A stretch of DNA of 64,000 nucleotides from Minisyncoccota bacterium (GCA_035547315.1 DASZVH010000004.1:12107-76106); one strand, 5' to 3'. Counted from the first letter of the stretch, positions 42,661 through 53,079 are shown. Notes: a model not told the origin generated them from the letters alone. Numbers and translations: made by a program.

Positions 42661-43290
42661 TCAGCGGCGGGCGAAGCGGCGAATAAACGCCTCCCGGCCC
42701 ATCCATGCGTCGGTGAGCGGGCGGTAGCGCGTGAAAAGCTGCCGCACGCCCTGCCGATGGTAGAGGATGATGTACCCTTCCTGAAAGAATTGGAAGAGCC
42801 ACGCGTGGAGCCGGGAGCCGCGCCCCTCGCGGAAGGGCCGCAGCGAGAAGCCGAGCCCCGCGATCTCCTCCTCGAGGATAGTCTGGCAGCGGACGGCCGC
42901 CAGCTCGGGGCGCTCGGCGAGCCATGCGGCGATCGCGTGCAGATCCCGGACGATCCGCGGCGCGAAGAGGCCGCCGCCGCGCCCGCGCCGCGCGAGCCGC
43001 GCGCTCGCGATGTGTACCTCGAGGATGAGCGCCCCGGGCGCGAGCCGCACTCCATCGAGCGGGAGCGCGGGGCCCGCGTAGCGCGCGCAGTCGCCCTGGA
43101 CGAGCCCCGCGCGCGTCGGCGGCGCTTCCCAGCCGCGCGCGCGGGCGCGCAGGCGGGTGAGCGCGCGCTCGGCCGAGCCGTAAGCGAGCCAGGTCGCCCA
43201 GGTGAGCGGATAGAGCGCCCAGAGTCCGAGCCAGGCGGCGCGCCGGAGCAGCGAGGGCGTCGCCCGCGCCATAACGGCTTGTGTTGCCAT
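42661..43290 (-). CDS. hypothetical membrane-anchored protein
   Basis: Start re-placed at ATG 43290 (MATQAVMARATPSLL...). It has a GGAG 7 nt upstream, one of the few SD-like sites in the window. Confidence 0.35.
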   Translation of the reverse strand: MATQAVMARATPSLLRRAAWLGLWALYPLTWATWLAYGSAERALTRLRARARGWEAPPTRAGLVQGDCARYAGPALPLDGVRLAPGALILEVHIASARLARRGRGGGLFAPRIVRDLHAIAAWLAERPELAAVRCQTILEEEIAGLGFSLRPFREGRGSRLHAWLFQFFQEGYIILYHRQGVRQLFTRYRPLTDAWMGREAFIRRFARR

Positions 43291-43433
43291 GCTGTTTCTC
43301 CGATACGTTCGTTTCCGTTCGTGAAAATACCGCTTTCCTCCGCGGCGGTCAAACGGGGCTAGGTATGCAAATCCCACTATCCAGTCGATTGCCTCGACAC
43401 CGCGCGAGCCCTCGGGGTACAATAGCTCCCGTT

Positions 43434-44111
43434 GTGATTTATTTCGACAAGGTGGCGAAACGATATGGCGAGGCGGCAGCGCTCGAGGACATCACCCTCT
43501 CTATCGCCCCCAAGGAGTTCGTCTCTATCGTCGGCCACTCGGGCGCCGGCAAGACCACGCTCTTGAAGCTCCTCCTGGCCGAAGAGCGCCCATCCGAGGG
43601 CTCCGTCTTCTTCGAGTCGATCGATATCAACGACCTGCCGCTCTCCGCGCTCCACCACTACCGCCGCAAGATTGGCATGGTCTTCCAGGACTTCAAGCTC
43701 ATTCCCAACAAGACCGCCTATGAGAACATCGCCTTCGCGATGGAGGCGGCCGGCCGCACCGACGGCGAGATCGCCTCGGACGTCCCCTATATCCTCGAGC
43801 TGGTGAATCTCGCCGAGAAGGCGCACAACTTCCCCGATCAGCTCTCGGGCGGGGAGAAGCAGCGCGTCGCTATAGGCCGGGCGATCATCAACCAGCCGGA
43901 GATCATCGTCGCCGACGAGCCCACCGGCAACCTCGACCCGATCAACACCTTCGAGGTCGTCGAGATCTTGAAGAAGATCAACCAGCTCGGCACCACGGTG
44001 GTGATCACCTCGCACAACCGCGGCGTGGTCGAGGCGGTCGGCGGCCGCGTGGTGACCATGGACCGCGGCCGGATCGTCCGCGACGACGCGGGCGGCGAAT
44101 ACATGCTTTAA
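43434..44111 (+). CDS. ftsE: cell-division ABC ATPase FtsE
   Basis: Walker [10 protein letters not shown], signature LSGGEKQR and Walker B. Start set at GTG 43434 ([11 protein letters not shown]). A TACAAT hexamer lies 11 nt upstream. Confidence 0.85.
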   Translation: MIYFDKVAKRYGEAAALEDITLSIAPKEFVSIVGHSGAGKTTLLKLLLAEERPSEGSVFFESIDINDLPLSALHHYRRKIGMVFQDFKLIPNKTAYENIAFAMEAAGRTDGEIASDVPYILELVNLAEKAHNFPDQLSGGEKQRVAIGRAIINQPEIIVADEPTGNLDPINTFEVVEILKKINQLGTTVVITSHNRGVVEAVGGRVVTMDRGRIVRDDAGGEYML

Positions 44112-44118
44112 TCGGCGT

Positions 44119-45045
44119 ATGGACGCGATGACGATCAGAAGGATGCTGGCCTCGGGAGCGAAGAATTTCGCCCGCGGCGGGGCCGTCTCGGTGGCGACCG
44201 TCCTCATCATGACCGTGACGCTCGCGATCATCGGCGTGCTCATCTTCGTCTCCGCGCTGCTCAACTACTCGCTCGCCGCCATCAGGGACAAAGTGGACGT
44301 CTCCGTCTACTTCGTCACCACCGCCTCGGACTCCGACATCCAATCCTTCGTGAACAAGGTCGAGGCGCTCCCGCAGGTCGCCTCCACTACGTACACCACC
44401 CGCGACGAGGCGCTCGTGCAGTTCCAGGCCCGCCACGCCTCCGACGAGCTCACGCTCCAGGCGCTCTCCGAGCTGGGGGAGAACCCGCTCGACGCCTCGC
44501 TCGAGATCGAGGCCAAAGACCCCTCGCAGTATGAAAACATCGTCACCACGCTCGAGGACACTCCGGCGCTTTCGGCCGCGGGCTCCTCGATCATCGACCG
44601 CATCAACTATCAGGAGAACAAGCAGGTCATCGACAAGCTCTCGGGCGCGATCGACGCCACCAAGGAGATCGGCTTCGCGGTGGTGCTTGTCTTCGCCATC
44701 GCCTCCATCCTGATCGCCTTCGCCACCATCCGGCTCGCGATCTACACCGCCAAGGACGAGATCGGCGTCATGCGGCTGGTGGGCGCGAGCAACGCCTATA
44801 TCCGCGGGCCGTTCGTCGTCGTGGGCGTGATCACCGGCATCCTCGCCGCGCTCATCGTGCTCCTCTTGCTGTACCCGGCGGCCTGGTACGCGGCGCATCT
44901 CTCGCGCGCGTGGCTCGGGGGCTTCGACCTCTTCTCCTACTACGGCAGCCACTTTATCGAGATCTTCTGCATCATCGTGGGCTCGGGCATCGTGCTCGGG
45001 GGCGCGGCATCGGTGCTCGCTATCCGACGCTATCTCAAGATCTAG
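44119..45045 (+). CDS. ftsX: cell-division permease FtsX
   Basis: Four TM helices with an FtsX extracellular domain. A TTTAAT hexamer lies 8 nt upstream. Confidence 0.85.
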   Translation: MDAMTIRRMLASGAKNFARGGAVSVATVLIMTVTLAIIGVLIFVSALLNYSLAAIRDKVDVSVYFVTTASDSDIQSFVNKVEALPQVASTTYTTRDEALVQFQARHASDELTLQALSELGENPLDASLEIEAKDPSQYENIVTTLEDTPALSAAGSSIIDRINYQENKQVIDKLSGAIDATKEIGFAVVLVFAIASILIAFATIRLAIYTAKDEIGVMRLVGASNAYIRGPFVVVGVITGILAALIVLLLLYPAAWYAAHLSRAWLGGFDLFSYYGSHFIEIFCIIVGSGIVLGGAASVLAIRRYLKI

Positions 45046-45046
45046 T

Positions 45047-46702
45047 ATGGCCAAGGAAGGACACAAATATATATTCGTCTTGGGCGGGGTGATGAGCGGC
45101 GTGGGGAAGGGCGTCGTCACCTCTTCGATCGGGCTCTTGCTCCAGCAGAAGGGTTATCCGGTGAATCTCGTGAAAATCGACCCCTATTTGAACGTCGATG
45201 CCGGGACCATGAACCCGACCGAGCACGGCGAGGTGTTCGTGCTCACCTCCGGCCTCGAGACGGACCAGGACATGGGCAACTACGAGCGCTTCCTCGGCCG
45301 CGACCTCACCAACGAGGACTACATGACCTCGGGCATGGTCTACCAATCGGTCATCAACCGCGAGCGCAGCCTGGGCTACGGCGGCAAGTTCGTCGAGGCG
45401 ATCCCGCACGTGCGCGACGAGATCATCGCGCGCATGGAGGCCGCGGCGGAGTACAACGGGAGCAAGATCTCGGTCCTCGAGATCGGCGGCACCGTGGGCG
45501 ACTTCCAGAACGCGCTCTACATAGACGCGGCGCGCACGCTCAAGATGAAATATCCGGACGACGTCCTTTTCGTCATGGTCTCGTATCTCCCCGTGCCGGG
45601 CACCATCGGCGAGATGAAAACGCGCCCGACCCAGCACGCGGTGCGCGAATTGAACTCCTACGGCGTGCAGCCCGATTTCCTCATCGCGCGCTCGACCCAC
45701 GCGCTCGACGACAAGCGCAAGGAGAAGCTCGCGATCTGGTGCAATATCCGCAAGGATCACGTGATCTCCGCGCCCGACATCGCGAGCATCTACGAGGCGC
45801 CCTTGAACTTCGAGAAGGATAAGCTCGGAGACATGCTGCTCGACGCCTTGAAGCTCCCCGAGAAGCGCAAGGCCTCGCTCGCCAAGTGGGCGAATTTCGT
45901 CAAGCGTGCGACCAACGGCAAGGCGCCGCCGGTCGACATCGCGATCGTCGGCAAATATTTCGATACGGGCGACTTCGTCCTCTCGGACGCCTATCTCTCC
46001 GTCATCGAGGCGATCAAGTTCTCCGCCGCGGCCCTCGGCCGCCGCGCGCGCATCACCTGGGTCAATTCCAAGGATTTCGAAAAGGGCAAGGCCAAAGTCG
46101 CGATGCTCGCGAAGTTCGACGGCATCATCGTGCCGGGCGGCTTCGGCGAGACGGGGATCGAGGGCAAGATCAAGGCGATCGAGTACGCGCGCGAGCACAA
46201 GATTCCCTACTTCGGCCTCTGCTACGGCATGCAGCTCATGGTGGTGGAATATGCGCGGCACGTGCTCGGCCGCAAGGAGGCGCACACCACCGAGATCAAG
46301 AAGGGCGCCAAGGACCCGGTCGTGGACGTCATGCTCGAGCAGAAACAGCACCTCGAGGGCGGCAAATACGGCGGCACGATGCGGCTCGGCACCTACCCGG
46401 CGCACTTGAAGAAGGGCTCGATCGCGCGCGGCGCTTACAAGGCCGAGATGGTGCAGGAGCGCCACCGCCACCGCTACGAGATCAATAACGCCTACGTGAA
46501 GCAGCTTGAGGAGGCGGGGCTCATCTTCTCCGGCACCTCGCCCGACCGCTCGCTTATGGAGATCGCGGAATTGCCCAAGAGCAAGCACCCCTTCATGCTC
46601 GGCACGCAGTTCCACCCCGAGCTCCAGGCGCGCCCGCTTGCCCCTCATCCTTTGTTCACCGCCTTCCTCGCGGCCGCTGTCAACAAGCACAAGCGCCGCT
46701 AA
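45047..46702 (+). CDS. pyrG: CTP synthase
   Basis: Synthase domain plus a GATase domain (GLCYGMQ). 551 aa. Confidence 0.95.
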   Translation: MAKEGHKYIFVLGGVMSGVGKGVVTSSIGLLLQQKGYPVNLVKIDPYLNVDAGTMNPTEHGEVFVLTSGLETDQDMGNYERFLGRDLTNEDYMTSGMVYQSVINRERSLGYGGKFVEAIPHVRDEIIARMEAAAEYNGSKISVLEIGGTVGDFQNALYIDAARTLKMKYPDDVLFVMVSYLPVPGTIGEMKTRPTQHAVRELNSYGVQPDFLIARSTHALDDKRKEKLAIWCNIRKDHVISAPDIASIYEAPLNFEKDKLGDMLLDALKLPEKRKASLAKWANFVKRATNGKAPPVDIAIVGKYFDTGDFVLSDAYLSVIEAIKFSAAALGRRARITWVNSKDFEKGKAKVAMLAKFDGIIVPGGFGETGIEGKIKAIEYAREHKIPYFGLCYGMQLMVVEYARHVLGRKEAHTTEIKKGAKDPVVDVMLEQKQHLEGGKYGGTMRLGTYPAHLKKGSIARGAYKAEMVQERHRHRYEINNAYVKQLEEAGLIFSGTSPDRSLMEIAELPKSKHPFMLGTQFHPELQARPLAPHPLFTAFLAAAVNKHKRR

Positions 46703-46741
46703 TTCATTTCTTCTTCGAGCGTCTGCTATAGTATCCGCACT

Positions 46742-47548
46742 GTGGCGAATATGATCGAGGTGGGGAAGCTCGAGAAGAGCTTCGGCGAGTTTAAAGCCGT
46801 CAAAGGCATCTCTTTCTCGGTGCCGGAGGGCGGGATCTTCGCCTTCCTCGGCCCCAACGGCGCGGGCAAATCGACCACGATCAAGATGCTCACGACCCTG
46901 CTTCACCCCACGGGCGGCTCGATTAAGATCAACGGACACGATCCGGTCAAAGATGCCGACGCCGTGCGCCACTCCTTCGGCATCGTCTTCCAGGACCCAT
47001 CGCTCGACGACGACCTCACCGCCTTCGAGAACATGGAGTTCCATGGCATCCTCTACGGCTTGCCGCGCGAGCTGCGCAGAAAGCGGATCGCCGAGCTGCT
47101 CGCGTTCGTCGAGCTTGAAGGGCGCAAGAATAATTACGTGCGCGAGTTCTCGGGCGGCATGAAGCGCCGGCTCGAGATCGCACGCGGGCTCCTGCACCAC
47201 CCCAAGATCATCTTCCTCGACGAGCCGACCTTGGGGCTCGACCCGCAGACGCGCAATCACCTCTGGGAGTATTTGAAGAAGCTCAATAAAGACGAGGGGA
47301 TCACTGTCTTCTTTACCACGCACTACATGGACGAGGCTGACAGGATCGCCGAGCGTATCGCTATTATCGATCACGGCGCTATCATCGCGGAGGGCTCTGG
47401 CGCGGAGCTCAAAGCGGAGACCGGGAAAGCGACCCTCGAAGAGGCTTTCCTTGCGCTTACGGGCCACAAAATCCGCGAGGAGGAGGCGGGCGCGGTTGAT
47501 CAGCTGCGGCAGATGGGCCGGATCTGGGGCGGAGGTAACCGCCGATAA
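46742..47548 (+). CDS. ABC transporter ATP-binding protein (ABC-2/DrrA-like)
   Basis: Walker A GPNGAGKST, signature FSGGMKRR and Walker B. Alternative ATG at 46751. A TATAGT hexamer lies upstream. Confidence 0.8.
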   Translation: MANMIEVGKLEKSFGEFKAVKGISFSVPEGGIFAFLGPNGAGKSTTIKMLTTLLHPTGGSIKINGHDPVKDADAVRHSFGIVFQDPSLDDDLTAFENMEFHGILYGLPRELRRKRIAELLAFVELEGRKNNYVREFSGGMKRRLEIARGLLHHPKIIFLDEPTLGLDPQTRNHLWEYLKKLNKDEGITVFFTTHYMDEADRIAERIAIIDHGAIIAEGSGAELKAETGKATLEEAFLALTGHKIREEEAGAVDQLRQMGRIWGGGNRR

Positions 47549-47555
47549 CATTTCT

Positions 47556-48302
47556 ATGAACGGCGTCTATATCATGTGGCTGCGGGAGGTGAAGAAGTTC
47601 ATGCGGAGCAAGTCCCGCATCGTGGGCGCCTTGGGCCAGCCTATCTTCTACCTGCTCGCCTTGGGGTATGGCTTGGGCTCAGTCTTTCGGGCGGCGGGAC
47701 AGGGCAACTATATCGAGTTCCTCGTGCCGGGCATTATCGGCATGACGCTTATCTTCACCTCCATATTCAACGGCATGTCGGTCATCTGGGATCGGCAGTT
47801 TGGCTTCCTCAAGGAGACGCTGGTCGCGCCCGTGTCGCGCATCTCGATCATGTTCGGCCGCACGGCGGGCGGCGCGACGGTGGCGATGGCGCAGGGAATC
47901 ATCGTCTTGGCGCTCACCTTCGTCTTCGGCTTTACGCCCACCCACTGGCTCAATATCATCCCCGCGATCGGCGTGATGCTCCTGATCGGCCTCCTTTTCT
48001 CCTCGCTCGGCATCATGGTTGCCTCGCTCTTGAAAGACATGCAGGGTTTCCAGCTCATCATGAATTTCCTGGTTATGCCGATGTTCTTCCTTTCGGGCTC
48101 GCTCTTCCCGCTCACTGGCATCCCGTTCCTCCTCTCGTTTCTCGCGAAGATCGACCCCCTCTCCTACGGCATCGACGCAATGCGCGCGCTCCTTATCAAT
48201 CAAGGGCACTTCGCACTCTCGCTTGACCTTGGCGTGCTGGCGGCACTCACGATCCTTTTCCTCGGGCTCGGCTCCTACTTCTTCTCCAAGATCGAGGCTT
48301 AG
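47556..48302 (+). CDS. ABC-2 family transporter permease
   Basis: Six-TM ABC-2 membrane domain. Alternative start at 47574. Confidence 0.7.
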   Translation: MNGVYIMWLREVKKFMRSKSRIVGALGQPIFYLLALGYGLGSVFRAAGQGNYIEFLVPGIIGMTLIFTSIFNGMSVIWDRQFGFLKETLVAPVSRISIMFGRTAGGATVAMAQGIIVLALTFVFGFTPTHWLNIIPAIGVMLLIGLLFSSLGIMVASLLKDMQGFQLIMNFLVMPMFFLSGSLFPLTGIPFLLSFLAKIDPLSYGIDAMRALLINQGHFALSLDLGVLAALTILFLGLGSYFFSKIEA

Positions 48303-49057
48303 CCGAGCTTCTTCAACTCCTCGGTGAGCAGGTCTACGTATCTATAGAAATCGGGCGCGCGTGGGTCGCGCGGGCGGGGGAGCTCTATCGTGATCGTCTT
48401 CTTGACCTCGCCCGGATGCGCACTCATGAGCACGACCTCGTCTGAGAGCTCGACCGAATCCGGGATCAGATGATTGACCATCAAAATCGTCATGCCGTAT
48501 TGCCGCCAGAGCTTCAGGAGGTCGTGCTTCAAGTCCTCGGCGGTAATCGTGTCGAGATTGGAGAACGGCTCGTCGAGGATGAGGAGGTCGGGCTCTATCG
48601 CCAAGGCGCGCGCGAGCCCGACGCGCTGCTTCTGCCCGCCCGAGAGCTCGGCGGGGTAGTGATGCTCCAGATGCGCGAGGCCGACCTCCGCGAGCTTCTC
48701 GCGCGCCTTCTTGAGCCGTGCGGCCCGCTCCACCCCGCTCATCTTGAGGCCGAAGGCGACGTTCTCGAGCGCGGTCGCCCAGGGGAAGAGCGCGTAGTTC
48801 TGGAAGACCATGCCGGGGCGAGAGAAGTTGCGCACGATATGCCCGCCGCGCGCGCGCATAAAGCCGAGCAACACGCGCAGCAGCGTCGACTTGCCCGCGC
48901 CCGAGGGGCCCGAGAGCGAGACGAAGGAACCCTTCGCTGCGCTCAGGGTGATATCGCGCAGCGCGAGCACGCTCTTATCGCGCTCGTCGTCGAAGCGCGC
49001 GGAGACGCGCGAGAGGGCGAAGGCGGTCGTAGCGTCGGCGCTCATATCACTCTGCAT
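48299..49057 (-). CDS. ABC transporter ATP-binding protein (NitT/TauT family)
   Basis: Walker A GPSGAGKST, signature LSGGQKQR and Walker B ILDEP. Start re-placed at ATG 49057 or 49045. Overlaps the permease stop. Confidence 0.8.
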   Translation of the reverse strand: MQSDMSADATTAFALSRVSARFDDERDKSVLALRDITLSAAKGSFVSLSGPSGAGKSTLLRVLLGFMRARGGHIVRNFSRPGMVFQNYALFPWATALENVAFGLKMSGVERAARLKKAREKLAEVGLAHLEHHYPAELSGGQKQRVGLARALAIEPDLLILDEPFSNLDTITAEDLKHDLLKLWRQYGMTILMVNHLIPDSVELSDEVVLMSAHPGEVKKTITIELPRPRDPRAPDFYRYVDLLTEELKKLG

Positions 49058-49796
49058 AATGCCTCGCGCTGTCGGAGAGCAGGGGCGCCCAGAGCAGGCG
49101 ATTGGCGGCGAAGACGACCGCGAGGATGCCGAGGATCCCCGCAAAGAGCGCGGGCGTCACCCCCACCGAGCCCGCGGCATTGATGAAGCCGCCGATGCCG
49201 CCGACGCCCCCGATGATCTCGGCGCCGATCACGCTCTCCCAGCCTATCGCGAGCCCGACCACCGAGCCGGTGATGATGGCGGGGAAGGAGAGCGGCGCGA
49301 GATAGCTGCCGATGCGGCGCCAGCCGCGCGCGCCGAAAATGGTCGCCGCGTCGTTGAGATCCTCATGCGCGCTCTTGATCGCGGTCAGGACGGCGAAGAG
49401 GATCGGCCACATCACGCCGGTCGCGGTGAAGAGGATGATCATGAAGTCGCTGTAGCCCCAGAAGTAGACGAAGATCGGCAGAACCGCGAAGGAGGGGACA
49501 TTCTGCAGCAGGTCGAAGAGGGGGAAGAGGCCGGAGGCGAGCTTGGTCCAGCCAATCCCAAGCGCGATGCCCGCGCCGAGCGCGAGGCCGATCACATAGC
49601 CGCCCGCAAGCCGGTACGTGCTTTGCCAGAGCCCGAGCGCGAGCGCCTGCCAGGCCACGCCGGCGAAGTAGCCGGCCGCGCCGAGGATAAGGGCGAGCGC
49701 GAGGAGCGTCAGGAGCAGGAGGGCGGAGTGCTTGGCGCGCCGCCGGTGCGCGTGGTGCCAGGCTCTCGTTGGGGTGTGGCCGACGCTGCGAATCAT
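49047..49796 (-). CDS. ABC transporter permease (BPD_transp_1, SsuC/TauC-like)
   Basis: Polytopic. A TATACT hexamer on the minus strand lies 11 nt upstream of the ATG. Confidence 0.75.
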   Translation of the reverse strand: MIRSVGHTPTRAWHHAHRRRAKHSALLLLTLLALALILGAAGYFAGVAWQALALGLWQSTYRLAGGYVIGLALGAGIALGIGWTKLASGLFPLFDLLQNVPSFAVLPIFVYFWGYSDFMIILFTATGVMWPILFAVLTAIKSAHEDLNDAATIFGARGWRRIGSYLAPLSFPAIITGSVVGLAIGWESVIGAEIIGGVGGIGGFINAAGSVGVTPALFAGILGILAVVFAANRLLWAPLLSDSARHYAE

Positions 49797-49846
49797 GCTG
49801 TTTTATAGTATAGTGCACCCGCGCCACGCTCCTGCGTGGCGCACCT

Positions 49847-49920
49847 TGCCGGGTCGTCTAATGGTAGGACAACAGACTCTGGATCTGTTTATCTTGGTTC
49901 GAGTCCAAGCCCGGCAGCCA
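49847..49920 (+). tRNA. tRNA-Gln (CTG) with encoded CCA
   Basis: Acceptor TGCCGGG/CCCGGCA, anticodon loop CTCTGGA, T-loop TTCGAGT. Preceded by a 9 bp perfect palindrome (GCGCCACGC/GCGTGGCGC). Confidence 0.85.
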
Positions 49921-49994
49921 ATCAGGACATCGTACGGATGACCTAGAGGGGTCAATTCCTTTACTAAACCTTCTGGACATGTTTGCATTTAGCT

Positions 49995-51047
49995 ATGAAG
50001 GAGAAATCTCTGCCTAAACCGAATACGCAGGCCCTAAGTTGGTTTTATGGTGAGAGCAAGAAAGGGAATCTTATACTTGATCCCAAGTACCAAAGGAATC
50101 CGATTTGGTCCATTGGCCAGAAGTGTTTTCTGATAGATAGCTTGATTTCCGGGTCGCCCATTCCACAGGTCTTTATTAACATTAAAACAAAGACTGTTAG
50201 TAAAGTCCGACAAACCGACTATGAAGTAGTTGATGGACAACAACGGCTGCGCGCGATTTTGGAGTTCATGGAAGATCAGTACCCTTTAATCAAAACAACT
50301 GCCAAGTCCTACCCCGTTTCCGGCATCTATGCGCCACACATTGGCAAAAAATATTCCGAGTTACCCTCCGAATTACAGGATGCGATTTGGAACTATCCTC
50401 TTGCTGTTCAAGAGTTACGAGATTGGACGGATGTCGAAATAAGAGCCCTTTTTAGACGGCTCAATTATGTTGTAGAAAAATTGAACAAACAGGAATTACG
50501 CCACTCTCAGTACTTTGGTGAATTTGTTATTGCGGCAGAAGAGTTAAGCAAGGATCCTTTTTGGGATGAAATTGATTTCTTTTCCCGCCATGATTCGCAA
50601 CGAATGAAAGACGTGGAATTTGTTAGCGAGCTGCTCGTCCTTCTCATGGATGGCCCCCAAGAAGGGCAGTCTACTCTGGATAGATTTTATGCTGATTACG
50701 ATGTTCTTTTTCCGAAGAAAAAGAATTATCTGTCAAAATTTCATCAAACCCTCCGCTCCTTAAAATCAATAGAGACGTACCTGGCCAGCAGTCGCTTTGT
50801 AAAGAAAGCGGACTTTTACGCTCTATTTGGGGCTGTGTCGAGTTTAAATGAGCTTGTCAAACAAGCAGTCAACCTTTCTTACGCTGAGAACGAGCTAAGC
50901 AAATTTGAAAATCAACTTTCAAAATCTCCCGAAAGTCTGACGGGAAAAGTATTGAAATATTACAATACTGTCATCGAAGGTCCTGCAAAGAAAGCTAAAC
51001 GGGAAGAGCGCATCAAAATACTTTCAGGCTTGGTAGCTAAAGATTGA
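49995..51047 (+). CDS. DUF262 (ParB-like nuclease domain, DGQQR motif) protein
   Basis: YQRNPIWS...VVDGQQRLRAI signature of the DUF262/GmrSD N-terminal domain. ATG at 49995 (the track starts at TTG 49983). Confidence 0.75.
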   Translation: MKEKSLPKPNTQALSWFYGESKKGNLILDPKYQRNPIWSIGQKCFLIDSLISGSPIPQVFINIKTKTVSKVRQTDYEVVDGQQRLRAILEFMEDQYPLIKTTAKSYPVSGIYAPHIGKKYSELPSELQDAIWNYPLAVQELRDWTDVEIRALFRRLNYVVEKLNKQELRHSQYFGEFVIAAEELSKDPFWDEIDFFSRHDSQRMKDVEFVSELLVLLMDGPQEGQSTLDRFYADYDVLFPKKKNYLSKFHQTLRSLKSIETYLASSRFVKKADFYALFGAVSSLNELVKQAVNLSYAENELSKFENQLSKSPESLTGKVLKYYNTVIEGPAKKAKREERIKILSGLVAKD

Positions 51048-51742
51048 AATGGATGGCAACTACTACGGCAAAAAAAGTTGTCAACAAATTTACCAGCCGG
51101 CTCACTAAGGTTGGAGGATACTACGGCGAGCTGATATTAGCCGTTAACTTAAAGAGGCATCAGGCAGCTTTAGAGACTATGTTGGCTGAACAGTTCGTAT
51201 TCAATATTGTGGTGTTTTGGGAGGTGTTTCTTAACGAACTTCTGCTCACTTATCTTGTTGCGTCTCCAAAAAGGTTTCTTTCCAATCTCAAAGACAGGAT
51301 GGGCCAGTCTGTAAAAGAGCGATATGGAGGCGGGGCTGCCCAAATGCTCAAATTTAATTCTCCTAGATCAATCTCACTGGCAAAGGCCGCTGCACTTGCT
51401 GACCCAAAAGATTTTAATCTAACCGCAGAGTCTGCTGATCAGCTTACGAAACGAGCCAATGACTTGCTCGAAGCGAAATTCGCTAAACCCTTTACCCTAG
51501 ATCCCGATGATGCTCAATTTTTGGATTATTTGGTTTGTCTTAGAAATTTTCTTGCACACAGAAGTACATCTTCTAGAAATAAATTGAGAATAGCAGTGTC
51601 TGCACTCCAAAATTCGAACAACGATCTGAACGGCTCCATTTCAAACATAGGAACTTATCTGAAGACCACTAACACGTCAAACAAGACCCGAGCCTTGATA
51701 ATTTCAGAGCGTATGGTCCAAATAGCAAATAAGCTGGTTTAA
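51044..51742 (+). CDS. HEPN-like protein (RNxxAH motif)
   Basis: LVCLRNFLAHRS fits the Rx4-6H HEPN motif. ATGA overlap with the DUF262 gene. Confidence 0.45.
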   Translation: MKWMATTTAKKVVNKFTSRLTKVGGYYGELILAVNLKRHQAALETMLAEQFVFNIVVFWEVFLNELLLTYLVASPKRFLSNLKDRMGQSVKERYGGGAAQMLKFNSPRSISLAKAAALADPKDFNLTAESADQLTKRANDLLEAKFAKPFTLDPDDAQFLDYLVCLRNFLAHRSTSSRNKLRIAVSALQNSNNDLNGSISNIGTYLKTTNTSNKTRALIISERMVQIANKLV

Positions 51743-53079
51743 GAGTCCAGTATGACTTTTTTGTTTATGAGTGTAAGCCGGCTTCTAAATGACTGCATTA
51801 ACTCTCGCTTCTCCTCCAGTGAACCCTCCTTAAGAAGGTACTTCGCATAAGATCGTAAATCTGTTTTGCTCTGAGCATCGATTTGGTCTGCGCCGATGCC
51901 GAGCACTTTATTGCGGAAGTGATTGAAGCGCCCCATTTCTTTCTCAAGCTTCTGTTTAATGCCGAGAGTATTGAGATCCAACTTATCCACGATCTCTAAA
52001 AGCTGAGCAATCAACTCTTCTTCCCGTAGGTATGTGTTCTTGCAATTCTTGTCATAGAACCTCGTGCAGCCGTAGTAGATATACTTTGCTGTAGTCCCAT
52101 CCGCCAGACCCTTGAACTTCTCTTCAGCTGTTACACCGGAATTGCACAATCCGCATTTCATCAAGCGTGTGAAGGCGAATTCTTTGTACATCTGGCCATG
52201 TGGTTTGTGCGAGTCCAATTTTTCCTGAACCTTCTTGTAAAGTTCTTGGCTGATCAAAGGCTCGTGCCGGCCCACGTACCACTTGCCACTTTTCTTTGGG
52301 TACTCAATGAGACCACAGTAGAACGGGTTACGTAAGACCGTATGGATATTGCTCAACGAGAAGGGCTTCCCATTTCGAGTTTGAAACTTCACCTCGTCCT
52401 TTAACCACCGAAAGAGGCGTCTGCCACTCCACTTTTCGTAGGCAACCTTTTCGAACATCAATCGGATAATGTGAGCCCGCTGCGGATCGAGAACAACGTG
52501 GCATTTCATTGTTCGATCCGGATGGTTGATATAGCCAGTGGGCGCTACGCTCGGCCATAGGCCCATTTCGATGCGGGTGCGGAGACCGCGCTTCACGTTC
52601 ATGCTCTTGTTGTCGTTCTCGAGCTTCGCTTGCGAGCACAGGATCATCAGCAAGAATTTCTCACTGGGATTGTTTGTAAATTTCTGGCCGTATGTCCTCA
52701 CCTCAACTAGTTTTTTCTGGTCCATCAAGTCAACGATCGAGCCAAGATCGCCGGCGTTTCTTGAAAGGCGATCCGGATGCCATGCGAGTATGGCGTTGAA
52801 CTTGCCCTCCTTCAGTTCACGGATAAGCTCATTAAAAACTGGTCGTTGGGCAGTGTCCTTGGCCGAGTGAGATTCGCGCTTTATTTCGCTCACAGTCAAC
52901 CCGTCTCTCTGGGCGAGAGTCAGCATCTCTTTTATTTGGGAGTCTATCGAGAGTGCCTGCTTTTCGTCGGATTCGGTCGATTTTCGTGCATACAGGCAGT
53001 ATTTAAGGGGAACGACCTCTACAGGCGCTTGGGCGCCCGTTTGGCCTGCGTATAGTCCCACTTCCGGCATACAGCACAC
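51739..53079 (-). CDS. large serine recombinase (resolvase N-domain + recombinase domain + Zn ribbon)
   Basis: YARKSTESDEKQALSIDSQ catalytic region, DRLSRN motif and a C-terminal CGLCNSG...YYGC...C zinc ribbon. Exact start uncertain. Confidence 0.85.
   Translation of the reverse strand: MCCMPEVGLYAGQTGAQAPVEVVPLKYCLYARKSTESDEKQALSIDSQIKEMLTLAQRDGLTVSEIKRESHSAKDTAQRPVFNELIRELKEGKFNAILAWHPDRLSRNAGDLGSIVDLMDQKKLVEVRTYGQKFTNNPSEKFLLMILCSQAKLENDNKSMNVKRGLRTRIEMGLWPSVAPTGYINHPDRTMKCHVVLDPQRAHIIRLMFEKVAYEKWSGRRLFRWLKDEVKFQTRNGKPFSLSNIHTVLRNPFYCGLIEYPKKSGKWYVGRHEPLISQELYKKVQEKLDSHKPHGQMYKEFAFTRLMKCGLCNSGVTAEEKFKGLADGTTAKYIYYGCTRFYDKNCKNTYLREEELIAQLLEIVDKLDLNTLGIKQKLEKEMGRFNHFRNKVLGIGADQIDAQSKTDLRSYAKYLLKEGSLEEKRELMQSFRSRLTLINKKVILDS

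Noticed and set aside
45035-47551. 838 aa minus-strand ORF
   Set aside because: Antisense to pyrG and the ABC ATPase, both of which carry unambiguous catalytic motifs. Its sequence is low-complexity, Arg/Ala/Gly-rich.
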